Part shown: positions 47,797 to 63,468 of the stretch, piece after piece
Position numbering within the stretch: position 1 is the stretch's first letter
Layout: the number at the start of each line of letters is the position of its first letter
NCBI RefSeq assembly: GCF_009914755.1
Contig: NC_060933.1
Direction: 5' to 3' (one strand)
DNA from: the human T2T-CHM13v2.0 reference genome, Homo sapiens
DNA: 64,000 bases
Translations under genes and position numbers: made by a program
The notes under the pieces: generated by a model
The model's database searches: none
What the model saw: only the letters and a program-made list of their open reading frames with translations
What the model was told of the DNA's origin: nothing

Positions 47797-50700
47797 TGTT
47801 TGTTTGTTTGTTTGTTTTAAAGTTCCAGGATACATGTGCAGAACGTGCAGGTTTGTTATATAGGTATATGTGTGCCATGGTGGTTTGCTGCACCCATCAA
47901 CCCATCATCTAGGTTTTAAGCCCCACATGCATTAGTTATTTGTCCCTCCCCTCACCCCCCATCCCCTGACAGACCCCGGTGTGTGTTGTTCCCCTCCCTG
48001 TGTCCATGTGTTCTCATTGTTCAACTCCCACTTATGAGTGAGAACATGCCGTGTTTGGTTTTCTGTTCCTGTGTTAGTTTGCTAAGGATGATGGCCTCCA
48101 GCTTCATCCATGTCCCTGCAAAGGACACGATCTCATTCCTTTCTATGGCTTCATAGTATTCCATGGCATATATGTGCCACATTTTCTTTATCCAGTCTAT
48201 CACTAATGGGCATTTGGGTTGGTTCCATGTCTTTGCTATTGTAAATAGTGCTGCAGTAAACATACGTGTGCATGTGTCTTTATACTAGAATGATCTCTAT
48301 TCCTTTGGGTATATATCCAGTAATGGGATTGCTGGGTCAAATGCTATTTCTGGTTCTAGATCCTTGAGGAATTGCCACAGTGTCTTCTACAATGGTTGAA
48401 CTAATTTACACTCCTACCAGCAGTGTAAAAGCACTATTTCCCCACAGCCTCGTCAGCATCTATTGTTTCTTGACTTTTTAATAATCGCCGTTCTGACTGG
48501 CATGAGATGGTATCTCATTGTGATTTTGATTTGTATTTCTCTAATGATCAGCGATGTTGAGCTTTTTTTCATATGTTTGTTGGCTGCATAAATGTCTTCC
48601 TTTGAGAAGTATCTGTTCATATCCTTTGCCCACTTTTCGATGGGGTTGTTTTTTTCTTGTAAATTTGTTTAAGTTCCTTGTAGATTCTGGATATTAGGTC
48701 TTTGTCAGATGGGTAGATTGCAGAAATTTTCTCCCATTCTGTAGGTTGCCTGTTCACTCTGATGATAGTTTCTTTTTCTGTGCAGAAGGTTTGCAAAGGA
48801 AATGCTTCGCTTTTGCCTATTCAGTATAATATTGGCTGTGGGTTTGTCATAAATAGTTCTTATTATTTTGAGATAATGTTCAATATCTAGTTTATTGAGA
48901 GTTTTTAATATGAAGGGATGTTGAATTTTATTGAAGGCCTTTTCTGCATTGCATCTATTGAGATAATCATGTGGTTTTTGTCATTGGTTCTTTTTATGTG
49001 ATGGATTACGTTTATTGATTTGCATATTTTGAACCAGCCTTGCATCCCAGAGATGAAGCCTACTTGATTGTGGTGGGTAAGCTTTTGACGTGCTGCTGGA
49101 TTTGGTTTCCCGGTATTTTTATTGAGGATTTTTGCATTGATGTTCATCAGGGATATTGGTCTGAAGTTTATTTGTTGTTGTTGTTGTTGTGTCTCTGCCA
49201 GGTTTTGGTATCAGGATGATGCTGGCCTCATAAAATGAGTTAGGGAAGATTCCCTCCTTTTCAATTGTTTGGAATAGTTTCAGAGGGAATGGTACCAGCT
49301 CCTCTCTGTACCTCTGGTAGAATTCAGCTGTGAATCCATCTGGCCCTGGGTTTTTTTTTATTGGTAAGCTATTAATTACTGCCTCAATTTCAGAACTTGT
49401 TATTGGTCTATTCAGGGATTCGACTTCTTCCTGGTTTAGTCTTTGGAGGGTGTATGTGTTCTGGAATTTACCAATTTCTTCTAGATTTTCTAGTTTATTG
49501 CGTAGAGGTGTTTATAGTATTCTCTGATGGTAGTTGGTACTTAGCGGGGTCAGTGGTGATATCCTCTTTATCATTTTTTATTGTGTCTATTTGATTCTTC
49601 TCTCTTTTCTTATTAGTCTAGCTAGAGGTCGTCTATTTTGTTAATTTTTTTTTAAAAAACCAGCTCCTGGATTCATACATTTTTTGAAGGCTTTTTCATG
49701 TCTCTAATCTCCTTCAGTTCTGCTCTGATCTTAGTTATTTCTTGTCTTCTGCTAGCTTTTGAATGTGTTTTCTCTTGCTTCTCTAGTTCTTTTAATTGTG
49801 ATGTTAGGGCATCGATTTGAGATCTTTCTAGCTCTCTGACATGGGGATTCTGTGCTATAAATTTCCCTCTTAACACTGCTTTAGCTGTGTCCCAGAGATT
49901 CTGATACATTTTCTCTTTGTTCTCATTGGTTTCAAAGAACTTCTTGATTTCTGCCTTAATTTCTTTATTTACCAGGAGTCATTCAGGAGCAGGTTGTTCA
50001 ATTTCCAGGTAGTTGTGTGGTTATGAGTGAGTTTCTTAATCCTGAGTTCCAATTTGATTGCACTGTGATCTGAGAGACTGTTTGTTATGATTTCAGTTAT
50101 TTTACATTTGCTGAGGAGTGTTTTACTTCCAATTATGTGGTCAATTTTAGAGTAAGTGACATGTGGCACTGAGAAGAATGTATATTCTGTTGATTTGGGG
50201 TGGAGAGTTCTGTAGACGTCTATTAGGTCCAACTTGATCCAGAGCTGAGTTCAAGTTCTGAATATCCTTATTAATTTTCTGTCTCGTTGGTCTGTCTGAT
50301 ATTGACAGTGGGTGTTAAAGTTTCCCACTATTATTGTGTGGGAGTCTAAGTCTCTTTGTAGGTCTCTGAGAACTTGTTTTATGAATCTGGGTGCTCCTGT
50401 AGTGGGTGCATATATATTTAGCATAGTTAGCTCTTCTTGTTGAATTGATCCCTTTACCATTATGCAATACCCTTCTTTGTCTTTTTTGATCTTTGTTGGT
50501 TTAAAGTCTGTTTTGTCAGAGACTAAAATTGCAACCCCTGCCTTTTTTTTTCTTTCTTTTTATTTTTTTGCTTTCCATTTGCTTGGTAAATTTTCCTCCA
50601 TCTCTTTATTTTGAGCCTATGTGTGTCTTTGCATGTGAGATGTGTCTCCTGAATACAGCACACCAGTGGGTCTTGACTGTATCCAATTTGCCAGTCTGTG

Positions 50701-51604
50701 TCTTTTAATTGGGGCTTTTAGCCTATTTACATTTAAGGTTAGTATTGTTACGTGTGAGTTTGATCCTGTCGTCATGATGCTAGCTGGTTATTTTGCCCAC
50801 TAGTTGGTGCAGTTTCTTCATAGTGTCATTGGTCTTTATATTTTGGTGTTTTTGCAGTGGCTGGTACTGGTTTTACCTTTCCATATTTAGTGCTTCCTTC
50901 AGGAGCTCTTGCAAGGCAGGCCTGGGGTGATGAAATCCCTCAGCATTTGCTTTTCTGAAAATGATTTTATTTCTCCTTCGCTTATGAAGCTTAGTTTGGT
51001 TGGATATGAAGTTCTAGGTTGAAAATTTTTTTCTTTCAGAATGTTGAATATTGGCCCCCACTCTCTTCTGGCTTGTAGGGTTTCTATTGAGCGATCCACT
51101 GTTAATCTGATGGGCTTCCCTTTGTAGGTGGCCTGCCTTTCTTTCTGGCTGCCCTTAAGATTTTTTCCTTGATTTTGACTTTGGAGAATCTGACAATTAT
51201 GTGTCTTGGGGTTGATCTTCTCGTGGAGTATCTTAATGATGTTCTCTGTATTTCCTGAATTTCAATGTTGGCCTATCTTGCTAGGTTGGGAGGTTCTCCT
51301 GGGTAATATCCTGAAGTGTGTTTTCCAACTTGGTTCCATTCTCCCTGTTTCTTTTTCAGGTATTCCAATTAATAATAGCTTCAGTCTTTTTACATTGTCC
51401 CATAATTCTCGGAGGTTTCATTCATTCCTTTTCATTCCTTTTTCTCTAATCTTGTCTGCCTGCCTTATTTCAGCAAGATGGTCTTCAAACTCTGATATTC
51501 TTTCTTCCACTTGGTTGATTCAGCTATTGATACTTGTGTGTGCTTCATGAAGTTCTCGTGCTGTGATTTTCAGCTCATTTAGGTTCCTCGCTAAGCTGGT
51601 TATA
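47797..51604 (-). mobile_element. L1PA (PA8-like), 5'-truncated in ORF1, with internal ORF2 deletion near 48790
   Basis: ORF2 C-term (MFTAALFTIAKTWNQPKCP), EN (DHIIGSK..SDHSAIKLEL), ORF1 C-term (EWGPIFNILKEKNFQPR); TSD GAATGTGTTT. Confidence 0.92.
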
Positions 51605-51759
51605 TGGAATGTGTTTTGATGGCATGACTGAAAACTCTTTACCAAGCCCTAGGACCCAAATATTTTCTTCCTTTTTTTTTTTCTAAAAGCTTTATGGTTT
51701 ATTTTTAAATCTATGATCCATTTTGAGTAAACCTCTGCATTAGGTGTGAGGTTTATGTC

Positions 51760-51840
51760 TATTCTACTTCTATTCTATTCTATTCTATTCTATTCTATTC
51801 TATTCTATTCTATTCTATTCCATTCTATTCCATTCCATTC
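51760..51840. repeat. (CTATT)n pentanucleotide microsatellite
   Basis: Direct reading. Confidence 0.95.
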
Positions 51841-53717
51841 TTGTCTGTGGATATCCAATGGCTCCAGCAGTATCTGTTGAAAAGCCTATCCTTTCTCCAT
51901 CAAATTATTTTTGCAACTCTGTCAAAAATCAATTGGCCGTACTTGTGAAACTACCTGCGAGTCCACTATTCTGTTCCGGTGACCTATATGTCTATCCCTC
52001 TGCCAGCACCACAGTACCAATTATTGTAACCACATAGTAAGTCTTGAAATTGGGTAAAGTGATTGCTTCCACTTTTTTCTTTTATTCCCGAATTATTTTA
52101 GTTATTCTAGTTCCTTTGTTTTTCATATAGATTTTTAGAATGGTCTTGTCTATATCTATTTAAAAAATCTTCCTAGGATTTGATAGGAATGGTGCTAACC
52201 CTGTCTGCTAATTTGGAAAGAATAGACATTCTCACTATGTTGAGTCTTCCAATCCATGAACCCAAATTCGGTCTCCATTAATTTAGATTTTCAACCAGTA
52301 CTTTGTAGTTTTTAGCATACATGTCCCATACATGTTTTCTTCAATTTATGCCCAAGTATTTCATTATTCTCTGAGTGATTGTAACTGGCATTGTATTTTA
52401 AATTTTGTTTTACACATGTTCCTTGCTAACATATAGAAATAAAACTGACTTTTTTTTACAGTTGCCCTTATATCCTGCTTATAAATGAGTTGTTAAACTC
52501 ATTTATTAGTTCCAAGAGTTTGGGTTTTTTGGTTTTGTATTTTCCTTGGGACTTTCTACATAGATCATCATGTCATCTGCAAGTAGAAGCAGTTTTATAT
52601 CTTTCTTTAGTGTCTACGTGACTTGTGTTTCCTTTTCTTGCTTCTTACAGTGCCTAGAACTTCCAGCACTTTGCTGAATAGAGCAATGACAGTGTGGATA
52701 TTCTTGCCTTGTTCCCAGTCATAGTAGAAAACCATTCCAATTTTCTCCATTATGTATGATTTTAGCTGTACAGTTTTTTGTACATATTCTCTATCAAGTT
52801 GAAGTTCCCCTCTACTCTTAGTTTTCTGAGAATTTTGTATCATAAACAAGTGTTAAACTATTCAAATGCTTTTCTTCATGAATTGATATGATCGTGTGAT
52901 TTTTCTTCTTTAGCCTATAAATATAGTGGATTACATTGATTGATTTTTAAAATATTGAACCAGCCTTGCATACCTTGAACATGGTATATAATTATTCTTA
53001 TACAGCAGTGAATTGTATTTGCTAATTTTTTGTTAAGAATTTTTGCATCTTCATGAGGATATTGGTCTATGTTTGTTTGTTTGTTTGTTTACTGTCTTTG
53101 TCTGATTTTGGTATTAGGGTAATACTGGCTTCATAAAATGAGTTGAACGTATTTCCTTCCTTTTTATTTTCTTGAAGATTTTTGTAGAATTGGTGATAAT
53201 TCTTTTTTAAACAGTTGGTAAAATTCTCCAGTGAAATCATCTGGGCCTAGAGATTACTTTTGGAGGAGTTTTAAATTACAAATTCAACTGTCTTAATTTC
53301 AAACGGATATTTAAATTATCTATTTCATGTTAGGTTAATTGTGGCAGTGTACTTTTTGAGAAATTGGTTCATTTCACCTAAGTTGTCAAATTTATGTATG
53401 TACAGTTGTTCATAGTATTCATTTATTGTCCTTCTGATGTTTACAGGATCTATCATCATATCTTCTGTTTCATTTCTGATATCAACTTTTGAGTCTTCTC
53501 TCTTTTTTATTAGTCTTACTAGAGATTTGTCAATTCTATTGATCTTTCCTGAGAACCAGACTTTTTGTTTCATTGGTTTTCTCTACTGTTTTTCTGCTCA
53601 TGATTTCACTGATTCCTGCTCTTATCTTTTATTATTTTTTTCCTTCTGCTTGCTATAGATTTATTTTGCTCTTCTTTCTCTAGTTTCTTGTAGTGAGAGC
53701 TTAAATTACTCATTTGA

Positions 53718-54031
<314 letters not shown>

Positions 54032-55906
54032 TGAGAATTTTACTTTTTTCTTATGTAAACATTTATTGCTATAAATTTCTCTCTCAGCATTATTTTAGCT
54101 GTGTCCCACACATTTTGATAAGATGTGTTTTCCTTTTCATTTAGGTCAGTATTTTTTTATTTCTCTTGAGACTCTCTCTTTGACCTATGGATTATTTGGG
54201 AGCATATTCTTTAGGCTTCAGGTGTTTCTGAACTTGGAATTTAGCCATTCTTTCAGGCAGCTGGGGGTGGGGCCTTTCTCCTACTGATGGATAGAGAAGG
54301 TCTTGACTTTCTACTAAGCCTCTTGGGACACCACCTTTGAAAGAAGGAGGAACCTTGTTATATGTGAGTCAGGTTGGAAGCACAGGCTCCCCATGTGATA
54401 TCCACTGATGCCACCAGACACAAGGTGGCTTGCTGCCACCCAGCGGGGAGCTGGGGCTCCCTGTTGGCCTGTCAGGAGTGAAAATCAAGGGTCCCCACTC
54501 AGCCACATGTAAGTGCTGGAGTCCTGCCATAGTTTTTTCTGTGTCATTTGGTTTGAATGCAGTAGTTATTGTCTGAAAGTTTTCTGTCTTGCTAGGCTGC
54601 CCCTTTGCTGATCCTCTGTCTAGGGGAAGCAGATCTTTTTTTGGAACTTTTTTTGTCCAGGGCACATTGGTGTTTACAGACTGCTGGCTTCTCCAGTATC
54701 CAGTCTAAGACATAAGAGGCAAAAGAAAGCCCAGAGAACTCATCACCAAGTCTTCCTTGGGTCCCAAAGCCCCTAAACAGTCTGCTTTCTTCTGTCTGCC
54801 AATCGAAGTATTCTGATGTTTATCTTATATACAATCTCCAGGGTTTTTAGTTATACCTATTGGTGGGACTAAGTAAATGTGCATCTACTTCATTTCCCCA
54901 GAAGTAGAAGTCTCTAGAGTATGTTTTGCTTCTGGTAAGGAAAAGAAATCTCCATTTTTCTTTATTTTTCTAAACCATTATATATTAGCTATTTTTTTTG
55001 TTCTTCCAGAAAATGTCTAGAATAAAATTGCTGATCTCTCTCAAAATTCCCATTGGGGTTACAGTAAATGTAAAGTGACTCTATGACCCAGTAATTTAGA
55101 ATATTCAATAACTAAATTGCAAATAATCTCTGGTCTCATATCAGAGAGATTGAAAATCTCAGGGAAACATCAGCCCTGGATACTTAATGAAGATTTCAAG
55201 ACATAGGCCTTCCACTTCGTACATAACAAGTTCATTATAAAGTTCTGCTTCAAAATGTCATTCTTTGTCAGCGATTTTTTTTTTCCTGTCACACCACGCT
55301 ACTCTAGCTATAACACTAAATTCTGTCATTCCCACTTTTGCACTATAGGATAGGGCTATGAACTCCTGAAAATATGGACTATGCTAACTTGGGCATATGG
55401 TCTAGTTTTTGTCCCCTAACTTTTTGAATGGGAGGACTTTAGGCTGATCATTGTAGGGGATGGCCTTGCTGATAAGGAATCTATAAACTCTGACTTCAGC
55501 TGACTCTCTTTCTGAAGAAAGCAGACCAAGGTTTTTAAAAATAGAGCAAACTGGAGCTTCCTGATTGTAGTACATGTCTGTGTTTGTTTTCTACTGGTTA
55601 CATAAATATGGCAAATCACTCGACAGAGATTTATACTGCATTTCCTGGGATCCCAGGAGGAATGTTTTCTTTTCACTTGCCTTTTCTGCAAGAACGTGAC
55701 AGCAGGAAGAAGGAGGTGGTGGTATTAAAACAAGTAGTTACGACTGCAAGTTGCAGAAGAAACATTTTTGGACAGATGTCAGAATGAAGAATTTCAGTCT
55801 GGAGAGTAATTTTTATGTAAGAGAATATGATGTAAGTTACAGTGAAATTGGGAAAAAGAAGTATTTAAGGAAAACTGTGACTTTTAAAGTCAATAAAAGG
55901 CACTAA

Positions 55907-56057
55907 AGGTTTTTTAAGAAACATCTTCTTGCACAAATATTGCAGTGGTGCTGACTGAGTCCCTCCCTTTCCTCTCTGGGCCCCACATTCTATTCAGGTG
56001 CGTGGAGAATCCTGGGAACCTGCACACAGGTGCTGGGCAACACCTGGCCCGAGAAAC
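55907..56057 (+). repeat. Inverted duplication, left arm
   Basis: Reverse complement of 57382-57536. Confidence 0.9.
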
Positions 56058-56431
56058 GTTTCATTTCACATTGATATGTAACATGGCCTGGCTTTACCAT
56101 GTCAAATTCCATTTAGTTTTGTTTAAAGATAAAATGTAAACATGCCCAGAAGAGTTCTCTTTTTTCCCTTATTGGAAACAGATGAAAGGACTTGATGGCG
56201 TGGGGGGAGGCAAGGGAGGCATCTTTTGTGATTCAATTATATAGATGCAGTGACAATAGGCTTTTCTCTAGAGGAGTACATTGTGTGCACAGGCATTTAC
56301 TTAGTAGTAAATGAATTTAATTAAATTGGACTGCTTGAGCTCCCAGAGTTTCAAGAGAAAATTTGTTGGCTCCTTTGCTTCAAAATTCTTCTGCAGCAAC
56401 ATTTTGGAAAAAGCATTTTACTTAAGTAGAG

Positions 56432-56822
56432 TGTTATGGGATAAACTGCATCTCCCCACAACACCCCAAAATTCATATGTTGAAGTCCTAATCTCCAATA
56501 CCCCAGACTGTGACTGTATGAGGAGGGAGGGTCCGCAGAGAGGTAATTAAGCTTCAATGAGGCCATTTGGGTGGGCCCTAATCCCATATGACTGATGTCC
56601 TTATAAGAAGAAATTAGGACACAAATTGGTAAAGAGGGACTGCAATATGAAGACACGGAGAAGACAGCCATCTAGAACCCAAGGAGAGAGACCCCAGAAG
56701 AAACCAACCCTGCCAATAGCTTGATCTCAGACTTCCAGCCCCCAGGACTGTGAGAAACTAGATTTCTGCTGTTTAAGGTACTCGGCCTGTGGGCCTCTGT
56801 TACTGTGGCCCTGACATGATAC
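56432..56822 (+). mobile_element. MLT1A/B solo LTR
   Basis: AAAATTCATATGTTGAAGTCCTAA; TTGATCTCAGACTTCCAGCCCCCAGGACTGTGAGAAA. Confidence 0.85.
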
Positions 56823-57381
56823 TGCATGTGGTTATACCACCTAGTGATGCAGCGGCTGCAACTGTTTTAATGGATTTAAGTTACAAACAAAGACAAGACA
56901 AAGCAAAAATATAAAGCAAGTCATTTGGGTAACCTAAGATAAGACAGACCTGAGACATGACAGTGGCATTTTCCTGGATGTTTTCACAGAGAATATATTC
57001 TCCATACCCCACCTGATTCATCCTGACACAGGTGTGGCCGTGTCATTCTTGTGCTTCAACCCCTTTGATGACTCTTCCCTTGGCTGAGGGTAAATTATGT
57101 CCACCTCCTGGCTCTGGTTCTCATCAAGGCCTTCTCAGTCTCCCTGCCTCTTTCCCCAGGCTACCCTTTCTGGGTACTGCATTCCAGACATACTCATTTT
57201 CTTTCAGGTCTTCCAATGCCTTTCCTGCTTGCACCGAGGAGGAACCTTTGCCTGGGACAGCCCCAGTCCTGCAGCAGGCACTTCCCACTTTCTGTCTAGA
57301 TAACTTCTGCTCCTTTTCAGGAAACGTGGTTCTAACTCCAGACTACTGGTCTACCTCCTGTGCTTCCCTAGACCCCAAAAA

Positions 57382-57536
57382 GTTTCTTGGTCCAGGTGTT
57401 GCCCAGCACCTGTGTGCAGATTCCCAGGATTCTCCACGCACCTGAATAGAATGTAGGGCTGAGAGAAGAAAGGGAGGGACTCCGTCAACACCACTGCAAT
57501 ATTTGTGCAATAAGGATGTTGTTCCTCAAAAAACCT
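57382..57536 (-). repeat. Inverted duplication, right arm
   Basis: Reverse complement of 55907-56057. Confidence 0.9.
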
Positions 57537-57893
57537 CTGTCTAGGGAAGGCACTCTGTGTCACTAAATTTCCCCCTCTCTGTGCTCGTTTGATTGACTGT
57601 CCTCCTGTGAGGCTGGAAGCTCCAGAAGATACCGTCCCTGCATTTGATTGCTGTATCCTCAGCATCTCGCACAGTTGCCTGACTCATTATTAATTTCACA
57701 CCTACAAAATATTTGACAAACAGCAAAACAATAGCCTATAAGTCTCTGTTTGCTTCCAGAAAAGCAAAGGAATAAAAGGTTTTAAACACTCTACTCTCTT
57801 TTTACTGTCCCACTCTTGAATTTTAATAAGTAAGTAATTTCTTCTCATACCCTAATAAGCATGCAGGAAGGATCTCTTGAGGCATAGGAGTAG

Positions 57894-58300
<407 letters not shown>

Positions 58301-59769
58301 AGACTGAGCACTTTCTAAGTCTGAACTGAATCCTGGTAACACAGTCCTTACCTTCAGCATGCTGGATAAATGCGTGCTGGTTTCTGCGTCGTCGTGTGTT
58401 AACATCTGGATAGGCTCTGGGAGAAGGGAATGGTAAGCCACCGGTTCTAGAGAAGTGGTTGGAAGTCTGTTAGAGGCAGAATCTTCCAGATTCAAAGCTT
58501 CCTGGGTGAGTCATTCAGCAAAAAATGTTTTAAAGTTACCTCAACCATATCAGTTAGACTATTTAAGTGAGTCGATTATAAATAATCTGTGGTCTCATAT
58601 AAAAGTGATTAAAAATCTTATCAGCCCCAGATACTAAAGGACGATTTCATGCTCCCAGGCCTTTAATTTCATACCTAACATGCCAATCGTAGAGTTCTGC
58701 CTCAATATGTATTTTTTCATCATGCAAATGAAAGTTTGTGATTTTACTACAACAAAAATTAGTGTAATTCTTTTCATAGTGTTTGTCTCATTCAATATAT
58801 TGTATTATGACCCCCGTTAGCTTCCAGTAAGCATATGGATTTAATGAAAAGGGGACTCCAGCTCTTGGTAAATTTCTAAATTTACTAGAACTGACTAGTT
58901 TTGGTTATTTGATGCCAAAAGAGGGCGTGTCAGACATTAGCCTTCCTGGCAGCCAAACGGCAGTGAACTGGAAGCACTGGGAAAGGCAGGCCGGCGCCCT
59001 CAGCCTTGCAGGAAATGTCTGTCTTTGGTGCCCCACCAGCCCCCTTGCCATGGAGCCCTACAGAAACCAGACTTAAAATCTGTTCACGCTGGCCTCGACG
59101 TAAAATACAACACCTCACATTTCACACCTTGTTGGCCTATCATGTTTAGTTGGATCCCGTTTCGACTAATATTTTTCCACAGTTGGCTCTTTAAGATGGC
59201 ATAGAAATTATTTACAACATCAAAGACCTCTGTGACACCATTTCCCCCACCTTCCCCCCGACACCCACTCAACATATCACGTGGCCCCCTCCAAGGCACC
59301 AGCACTCACTGGGAGGCTGCGGATGGGCCGCCCCCACTGCTTGCCGCCCCACCCCACCCCAGCAGGAGGGGACCTGGCCGGGGCTGGGGACTGGGGACGT
59401 CTGTGCCACGGCCACAGCACGCAGTTCCTTGGGTCACACCCTGCAAAACGAGATGCCAGCATGTCGCCATGGCTTTGCTGGTCCTTCTTGTTGACGATAA
59501 AAAGGAACAAGCACTAACTGCTGAAGAAACGCAGGGGATCTCTGCTCTCTTCGCTCCTTTAGTGCCCGAGGTGGAGATGGGCTAGCCTCGGACTCTGGCG
59601 GGAGCAGCCTCACGCCATTCCCTTTCTTTAGAATAGTTTTATTCCAGTTCAATTCTTTAGAATAGTTTTTCTAGGCCATTTCCTCTTTTCGAAGGGTCTA
59701 ATAACCGTGCCTCCTTCATAAGGATATTGTGAGATTACCGAGATGACATGAGTCCTTTAGAGGCTCAGA

Positions 59770-60190
59770 GGAGGCTTCCGCACACGCGCTCCTTCCCCGG
59801 CGCCCGGCTCTCCAGGCACGAGCAGGATCCCTAGAAGCCCCCCAGCTTTTCCCACTTCCCTCCCGGGGGCTGGCACAGAGGCCCCGAATCGCGGTTAGAA
59901 ATTAAGCATGCGCAAGCACTTCTCTTCACACGAAATAATTCACAGATGAAGAAGCGCCCATAATGGGGCCACCCATCTGTATTAATTGTGAGAAAATACG
60001 CTCTCCCACCAGCCAAGGGCGCCGGGAGTCAACACAGGCGCTGCCAAGGCGCAGAGGAGCGGGCGCTGCCAGGACTCGAGCGCCATCTACAGCCCGCGGA
60101 GGCGCCGCACGGACCCCACAGGCAGGAAACAGCCTCGGGCAGCCGGGCTGCCAAACTGCACTCCCTCGAGAGAGATCAGTGTAGACGGAG
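59770..60190. promoter_or_regulatory. Non-repeat CpG-rich island-like element with CTCF-like motif
   Basis: Dense CpGs/GC compared with surroundings; GCGCCATCTACAGC at 60080-60093. Confidence 0.5.
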
Positions 60191-60973
60191 AATTTCAGTC
60201 CTTTTGCTAAATTTATATATAATTTTATTTACCAAAATAAAATTTTATTTATAAATGTATAGTACAAATATATGTATTTATACAGAAATATATGCTGTAT
60301 ATATTGCGTGCATGTATATGTGTGTATATATATATTTATGTGTGTGTGTGTTCTTAAATATACTTAAATAGACAAGTGTTTTAAATAGAATCGGTCCGAT
60401 CTCCAGTGCTGCCACTGAATCTCCGTTTGATCTCTGATGATCGCTAAACTCTGGGAACCCGAGGTCTCCACTTGTCCGCGGAGACTGGTCCCACTTATCC
60501 AGCACGGCTGTTGTAGTGATTGAGAGAGATAATGTACATAAAACGCTTACCCCAGAGTCTGAGACAGAGAATTATAACACTATTAAGAATGTGATGACAA
60601 CCATTTGTTCATGTACCTAGTTATTTAACCAATATCTCTTGAACCTGCTGTGTACCCAGCCCTCGCTGGTTATTGGGGGATACAGCAGTGACCTGGAAAG
60701 ACAAGGACCCTTCCCTGCTGGAGCTGCAAGCTCAAGTCATCTGACTTTGAGAACAAATAAAACAGGCAGGGGAAAGTAGGAACTAGCGCATGTTTTAGAA
60801 CCGCGGGTGAGCATTCAACTACAAGTTAATGTAATAGGCCCTGGGAAAGAGTTAATATAAACATTATCTATTTCTTATCTGGATAAAACAAACCCGGTGG
60901 AATTGGTTGGAACATTCCAACCATCGTATGCATTAGCCAGGAAAATGACTTTCAGAAATCATCTGTAAGTCAA

Positions 60974-61446
60974 TGTATTAGTTTTCTATTGCTACATAAC
61001 AATTACTTCAAACATTATTGCTGCTTCAAACAACACGCATGTATCATCTCTCAGGTTCTGGGGGTCGGAGTACAGGCATTGCTCAACCAGGCCTCTGCTC
61101 TGGGTCTCTCAGGCTGAAATCATGATGTCCCCAGGGCTTGGTTGTGAAAGCTCCCTGGGGTGGTGTGTTAGACAAAGTTTGTGTCATTGCGTGTCTGGGA
61201 CTGACTCATGGCAACTTGCTTTTTCAAAGCCAGCCAGGGAGAGAGGGACCAGAGTGAGTGAGCTGGCAACAGAGTCTAATCTAACATACCCTCACCACCG
61301 GAGTGACAGCCCATCACCTTTGCCGTATTGTGTCTGCCTAAGCAAGCCACAGGTCTCACGCACAGTCAAGGCAGGGGTCACACAAAGGTGTGAACATCCG
61401 GATGTGGGGACCCTGGAGGAGGTCACCTAAGGTTCTGCCCACCACA
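60974..61446 (-). mobile_element. MLT1E/F-type MaLR solo LTR
   Basis: TGTATTAGTTTTCTATTGCTACATAACAA...CTGCCCACCACA. Confidence 0.8.
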
Positions 61447-62075
61447 GACACTGTCACAACTAATTCCCAAAACATATAAAATAGAAAAAGGAAAAAATAT
61501 AGTGATTATTTCTCAAGTACATCTTATTTCACAAAATAGAGCTAATCCAAGATGTGCCCTGCACCTCACCACAATGATTCCCCCATGTAAATTCTGAAGA
61601 CTGGGTTCATTACCCAACAATTCAGAATTTTTGCAATGCTAAATTTCATGATGGGTTGCCTGGTCAAGAAAAGCTAGGGCGTTCCAAAAGAAAAATAAAC
61701 AACAGAATGCATGATGAACTCTCTTAGGACTTGCAGAACCATGTCTCACATATGAAGAGTAATCTCATTTTGTAGATAAATGGAAACTACCTATCAATCA
61801 AATATTTACTGACTGGTTTCCTAGGAGGGTGACCCTCAAGTATCCCAGTTCCTCCCCATTATCAGAAGTGAGAGAAAACAGCACTGGTCATGTGGCCTTA
61901 CAAGCAATTCAGAGGCACAACAAAAAGATGGCATTCTTCTGCATACAGCTCTACTGCCCAGATGATAAGGTTAGTAGATTAGGACTCATTTATTGCGATA
62001 TAAGAATGTAATTTCTCAACCTGACTTAATGTATCTGCAAACATGACAGCATAAAGAATAAAATATTAAAAATAG

Positions 62076-62440
<365 letters not shown>

Positions 62441-62574
62441 AAGAAGCATTTGTTTTTAAAATGTGTTTAGAAGAATCAACGAGTGGAGAAAACAGTCTGC
62501 AAATAGACTTCTTCCTGTGTTATGCATACTGTGACGGTGTGTCACGGAAGTGCGTTACACTCATAGAGAAACAT

Positions 62575-63468
<894 letters not shown>

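Noticed and set aside
47797-51604. L1 ORF1/ORF2 peptides as active CDS
   Set aside because: Fragmented by stops and frameshifts, 5'-truncated and internally deleted
58715-58730. Octamer ATGCAAAT as OCT4-SOX2 composite site
   Set aside because: Adjacent SOX half-site is poor; a single 8-mer is expected by chance in 64 kb
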